From the IMG/VR virus record IMGVR_UViG_3300033056_000002, positions 1 to 7,022 of that record: DNA of 7,022 nucleotides; one strand, written 5' to 3'. The notes beneath the pieces are model-generated. The model ran no database searches, was not told where the DNA came from, and saw nothing but the letters and a program-made list of their open reading frames with translations. Positions 3,863-7,022 of the stretch are shown piece by piece. This DNA comes from a virus. Position numbers and translations under genes: made by a program. The stretch's first letter is position 1; every line of letters starts with the position of its first letter.

Positions 3863-5211
3863 CCCTTCTGGTCGTTCTCACAGTCGGCCATGCCCATGCG
3901 GCAACTCGTAAATATGTTTCCATGCCCAGTGATTCTTCGGTTGTTAACTCCGGTAACGGTTCGTCCAGGAGCGGTGACACACTGCACGTTCCAGGCGATG
4001 GCAAGACCGAATATATTCCGTCCTCATATGGTGGCGGTTCTAAGGGTACTAAACTTCCCGTTAAACCAACGTATGACTATTCGATACCTCGAACACTTAA
4101 AGGCATGACCACGAATCTTCGTGGCGGCGTATATGGCGCAGCTCTTGGAATCGGACTGCAATATATGCTCGATGCCGTCGATGGTGTAATCGAGGACGGA
4201 CAAGTCTATGTCCGTAATCGTCCTGAGCCGGTTGAGGGAGGTTACACCTGGGCAACCAGCCCTCCGAATACGGGCACACATCTCAGTGCATTAGATGCAT
4301 GTATAGCCGTATCCAACCTTAATCTTGGTGGCGATCTTAAAGTTGGTTACGCAACTATCCAGCCGTTTCAGCCAACTAGTTACAAATGTGTTCTCTATAA
4401 AAATGACGGCACGGTCCGTGTTAGTACCACCACTTATTATGCCCAGCGTTATGGTTCTTCCTGTCCTCAAGGCTCTACATACGACCTTTCTGTCGGTGGT
4501 TGCACGGCATCAACTGGTTATAGACCAGCTACTGATGCCGACTATGATCTTATGGAGGCAGCAGCATCTGTCAAAGACAGCGAATGGTTAAAAGACAGAC
4601 TGCGAGAACATTGCGAGGGTGGGCTTAACCCTCAAGCCTGTTACGAATCCCTTCGCGACAGTACTTCCCTGTCCGGCCCGTCCAGTGTCACTGAGCCAGG
4701 CCCTACAACTACAACTGTCGGTCCTACTGGCACAACTACAACCACGAATAACACCAAAGTCGATATTACGTACGGGGACAACTATTACGACTACCGCAAA
4801 ACCTCGACCACGGTAAAAACCAACCCCGACGGCACTACTGAAACCACAACAGAGACGCAGCCGGAAACCGAACACCCGCAGGAAGAAGAACAGCAGGAAA
4901 TAAACTTCACCGACAGCGAGTTTCCACCTGTTGAGCCGTTCTATGTTCAGAAGTACCCCGATGGGCTTCAGGGCGTTTGGCAGGATGCACAGTCCAGATT
5001 TGACGACAGTCAATTTATGTCGTTCCTTAACTCGTTTATTCCTCAATTCTCCGGTTCCTGTCCGTCCTGGTCGTTGTCATTCAATATCGCTACCTGGGCG
5101 AGCTTCGGTAATCAGTCGTTTGTAAACCTCTGCTATGTCTTCGACTTCATCAAAGTCATTCTTCTGGTTACAGCGCTATTCACGGCGCGTGCAATAACGT
5201 TCGGGGGTTGA
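3826..5211 (+). CDS. gIII: Minor coat / host-adsorption protein (pIII-like), 461 aa
   Basis: It has a signal peptide, MGIHHWSKSAVLTLLVVLTVGHAHA/AT. The mature part contains 8 Cys. A Thr/Glu-rich linker (PGPTTTTVGPTGTTTTTNNT...TTETTTETQPETEHPQEEEQQE) precedes the C-terminal membrane anchor VFDFIKVILLVTALFTARAITFGG. It sits between gVIII and gVI. Its G+C is lower than in the replication genes. Confidence 0.85.
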   Translation: MGIHHWSKSAVLTLLVVLTVGHAHAATRKYVSMPSDSSVVNSGNGSSRSGDTLHVPGDGKTEYIPSSYGGGSKGTKLPVKPTYDYSIPRTLKGMTTNLRGGVYGAALGIGLQYMLDAVDGVIEDGQVYVRNRPEPVEGGYTWATSPPNTGTHLSALDACIAVSNLNLGGDLKVGYATIQPFQPTSYKCVLYKNDGTVRVSTTTYYAQRYGSSCPQGSTYDLSVGGCTASTGYRPATDADYDLMEAAASVKDSEWLKDRLREHCEGGLNPQACYESLRDSTSLSGPSSVTEPGPTTTTVGPTGTTTTTNNTKVDITYGDNYYDYRKTSTTVKTNPDGTTETTTETQPETEHPQEEEQQEINFTDSEFPPVEPFYVQKYPDGLQGVWQDAQSRFDDSQFMSFLNSFIPQFSGSCPSWSLSFNIATWASFGNQSFVNLCYVFDFIKVILLVTALFTARAITFGG

Positions 5212-5212
5212 T

Positions 5213-5551
5213 ATGGCTGCAATAGGTAACTTCTTTACTGCGCTTCTGGCAAAGATTGTTGGATTCGCTAAATGGTTTCTATCGGTCTTCGCCCAGGTAT
5301 TCAAAGACATTTGGAACATGGCAACCGATCTTGGCTGCTGGTTTGTCGATGGCATGTTGTCCGTTGCAGCTACAGCGCTAAACGCTATCGACATTCCGTT
5401 CGATCCCCAGACGTACTATTCAATGATCCCGCCCGAGGTCGGCCAGATGCTCGGCGCAATCGGAGTCACCCAGGCCATCACCATCATCGTTGCTGCCCTG
5501 GTAATTCGATTCGTCCTTCAAACCGTTCCGTTCGTTCGCTGGGGTTCCTGA
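5213..5551 (+). CDS. gVI: Minor coat protein pVI-like, 112 aa, multi-pass hydrophobic
   Basis: GGGGG lies 5 nt upstream, and the start is 1 nt after the gIII stop. It is 112 aa, the same as Ff pVI, with several hydrophobic segments. It lies directly before gI, and its stop overlaps the gI start (TGATG). Confidence 0.75.
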   Translation: MAAIGNFFTALLAKIVGFAKWFLSVFAQVFKDIWNMATDLGCWFVDGMLSVAATALNAIDIPFDPQTYYSMIPPEVGQMLGAIGVTQAITIIVAALVIRFVLQTVPFVRWGS

Positions 5552-6699
5552 TGATCAACCTGATGCTTGGCCAGCCGGGTGGCGGTAAGTCACACGAAGC
5601 CGTTGTCTTCCACTTGATTCCTGCGCTCAAGCAAGGGCGCAAGGTCATCACAAACTTGGCCCTGGTGATGGAGAAGTTCCAGACGTACTTTCCCGAGTAC
5701 TGCCACTTGATCGAAATCCGGGAGCCGTATACCGAGCGATATACCGACCCCAAAACCAGGGAGGAGGGCAGCCGCCTTGTTCGTCCGTTCAGTCAGGAGA
5801 GCCACTACGGTGACCCATGGCGCCATGAGGAAACCGGTACAGGCCCGCTCTACATCATCGATGAATGCCATCTGGCCTTGCCGGTACGCGGTACGCCTGT
5901 CGAGGTCGAAGAGTGGTACTCACTGCACCGTCACGAAGGCGCCGACGTACTGTTGATCACTCAGAGTTACGGCAAGATCAACCGAGCCATCCGCGATCTC
6001 GTCCAGGTTGTCTATCGCTGCAAGAAGGCCACTGCGTTCGGCACTAATGACCGCTACATCCGCAAGGTTCAGGATGGCCTTCGCGGCGAGGTCGTCAACA
6101 CCTCGATCCGTCAGTATGAGAAAACCTATTTCGGATTCTGGAAGAGCCACACGCGATCTTCAGCCGCAGCCGCCGAGCTGGAAGCAAACGATATCGTCCC
6201 GATCTGGAAGCGCTGGCCGTTCAAGGGCGCGGCCATCATGTTCACTATTGCGGCCTGCATGATCGTCTGGAACCTCAACCGCGATAGCAGCAAGCAACCA
6301 CCGCCAGTCAAACGTCCGGAGCCTGTGCCGGTTGTCCAGGTGCAGCAAGAACCCTCGGCACCGCCTGCCGAAGTTGCTCAGCCTCGCGGACCTGAGCAGC
6401 AGATACACCCGTATCAGGGCTACCAGCTTTTTCTGTCGGCAGTCATGAAGGGCGACCGCCCAGACCAGGATGGCAACCTGCGCCCATATCTCGCTGGATA
6501 CCTGACCGTCACCCAGAATGGCCAGCCGATCCGTCAGGTCTCGTTCCGCGACCTGACCGACGCCGGCTATACGATTACTTACGAGTCACCGACCGTCATC
6601 GCGCTCGAATACAAGGGCTACGACCTGGGGTACGTCATATCCGCGCTGCCGACCGTATCGCTCGCCAGCAAGACCCCTGACAAGGCCGTAGGCGGATAA
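5551..6699 (+). CDS. gI: Assembly ATPase pI (Zot family), 382 aa
   Basis: I moved the start to the ATG at 5551, in the TGATG overlap. Walker A is GQPGGGKS (5569-5592) and Walker B is LYIIDECH (5848-5871). It is collinear with M13 pI as I recall it: VITNLAL matches IATNLDL; LYIIDECH matches LLVLDECG; VVYRCKK matches VVYCRR; DLTDAGYTITYESPTVIALEYKG matches DLQKQGYSLTYIDLCTVSIKKG. It has a single TM segment, AAIMFTIAACMIVWNL, followed by a Pro-rich spacer. Confidence 0.93.
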   Translation: MINLMLGQPGGGKSHEAVVFHLIPALKQGRKVITNLALVMEKFQTYFPEYCHLIEIREPYTERYTDPKTREEGSRLVRPFSQESHYGDPWRHEETGTGPLYIIDECHLALPVRGTPVEVEEWYSLHRHEGADVLLITQSYGKINRAIRDLVQVVYRCKKATAFGTNDRYIRKVQDGLRGEVVNTSIRQYEKTYFGFWKSHTRSSAAAAELEANDIVPIWKRWPFKGAAIMFTIAACMIVWNLNRDSSKQPPPVKRPEPVPVVQVQQEPSAPPAEVAQPRGPEQQIHPYQGYQLFLSAVMKGDRPDQDGNLRPYLAGYLTVTQNGQPIRQVSFRDLTDAGYTITYESPTVIALEYKGYDLGYVISALPTVSLASKTPDKAVGG

Positions 6700-6781
6700 C
6701 TGGGGGGAGTCCGCTTGCGGACGGGACCCGGTTTCCGCCAAGGCCGCAGTTTGCATATCATCCGGCATCCCAAACGCATGG

Positions 6782-6976
6782 ATGCCGCCGATGAAACCGC
6801 CCGCCAACGATGACGCATACCTCACAGAGCCGTGTATATCGGTGACTCTTCACGCTCGCTATCTTCTTGCCCTGAAAAACCATCGTCGTCAGGCTTTCAC
6901 AGCAGGCGTCCTTGTCGGCGTCGTAATCGCAATGATCGTACCTAGGGTCATCGGATGGATTGGGCGCTTCGCATAA
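6782..6976 (+). CDS. 64-aa hypothetical protein with C-terminal transmembrane segment
   Basis: This ORF is in the track. The TM segment is AFTAGVLVGVVIAMIVPRVIGWIG. There is no strong SD, and an alternative ATG lies at 6791. Its stop codon sits inside the XerC-arm-like CGCATAA at the circular junction. Confidence 0.4.
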   Translation: MPPMKPPANDDAYLTEPCISVTLHARYLLALKNHRRQAFTAGVLVGVVIAMIVPRVIGWIGRFA

Positions 6977-7022
6977 TTGAGGCTCGGCGTTATGTTGAGC
7001 CGGTGCGCTGGGACTATCGACC
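6968..7022. repeat. Terminal overlap copy 2 (identical to 1-55)
   Basis: Same comparison as for 1-55. The stop codon of the 6782-6976 ORF (TAA 6974-6976) lies inside the overlap and equals positions 7-9. Confidence 0.95.

Larger units (their letters stand above)
1..6967 (+). mobile_element. Complete circular filamentous phage (Inoviridae, Ff-related) genome or replicative form, unit length 6,967 nt
   Basis: It has the canonical inovirus gene set and order (gII/gX, small proteins, 44-aa major coat, gIII-like, gVI-like, gI/Zot), all on one strand. It has an f1-like plus-strand origin. The window ends overlap by 55 nt. Confidence 0.9.

Noticed and set aside
4704-4741. ACAACTACAAC direct repeat as a tandem-repeat or CRISPR-like element
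   Set aside because: There are only two copies, in frame, encoding Thr runs within the gIII linker. This is a codon-level low-complexity repeat, not an array.
3890-5125. Off-frame and antisense ORFs within gIII (3890-4108 +, 4024-4281 -, 4097-4279 -, 4325-4591 +, 4588-5046 -, 4619-4816 +, 4931-5125 +)
   Set aside because: The gIII frame has a signal peptide, paired Cys residues, a linker and a C-terminal anchor. The others look like frame shadows.
5272-5550. 93-codon N-terminal extension of the gI ORF (His/Arg/Cys-rich), overlapping gVI
   Set aside because: Its composition is typical of an off-frame read-through of gVI. The Walker A motif begins 7 residues after ATG 5551, as in Zot/pI proteins. 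The TGATG coupling to the gVI stop supports 5551.
6190-6260. Internal pXI-type start within gI
   Set aside because: Ff pXI starts at a Met just upstream of the TM segment. Here the only nearby Met codons (AAIMFTIAACM) lie inside the TM helix, and I saw no SD, so I cannot support a nested gene.
5176-6408. ORFs 5176-5394 -, 5484-5753 -, 5590-5871 -, 5865-6047 +, 5920-6150 -, 6008-6262 +, 6126-6311 - and 6160-6408 - inside gVI/gI
   Set aside because: They overlap strongly supported gVI/gI frames and have no independent signals.
6705-6735. Hairpin GTCCG-CTTG-CGGAC (6709-6722) after the gI stop as a terminator
   Set aside because: The stem is short and only a 3-T run follows, 9 nt downstream. 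Many equally good hairpins occur by chance in GC-rich DNA.
6586-6825. Minus-strand ORFs 6586-6825 and 6618-6818
   Set aside because: They lie antisense to the 3' end of gI and to the intergenic hairpins, and have no start signals.

Overview
The window is a complete, circularly permuted genome or replicative form of a small filamentous phage (Inoviridae, Ff-related replication and assembly modules) from a moderately GC-rich host. Bases 1-55 are identical to 6968-7022, so the unit circle is 6,967 nt; a 55-nt overlap is what a k=55 de Bruijn assembler leaves on a circular contig. Almost everything is on the + strand and tightly packed, with ATGA, TAATG and TGATG overlaps. The order is: dif-like forked hairpin; phased TGGTACCA operator array; 85-aa RHH-like/coiled-coil protein; 58-aa ClpX-type zinc-finger protein; non-coding region with an Ff-type plus-strand origin; one divergent AT-rich 69-aa RHH-like repressor (- strand); gII with nested gX; orf68; orf28; gV-position protein; 43-aa zinc ribbon; coat-like orf43; major coat gVIII (44 aa) with terminator; orf40; gIII-like adsorption protein; gVI-like protein; gI/Zot assembly ATPase; orf64. 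There is no secretin (gIV), integrase, tRNA, rRNA or CRISPR. Seven small CDS lie below the 60-aa cutoff of the supplied ORF track (six are not listed at all; the 44-aa major coat sits inside a longer listed ORF), and most have Shine-Dalgarno motifs. The items most worth a second look are: (1) a CTXphi-style folded ssDNA attP built from two inverted dif-like sites; (2) the accessory regulatory module at 111-668; (3) an f1-like origin core separated from gII by an AT-rich immunity cassette. All homology statements come from my memory of M13/f1, ClpX and dif sequences. No search was run.
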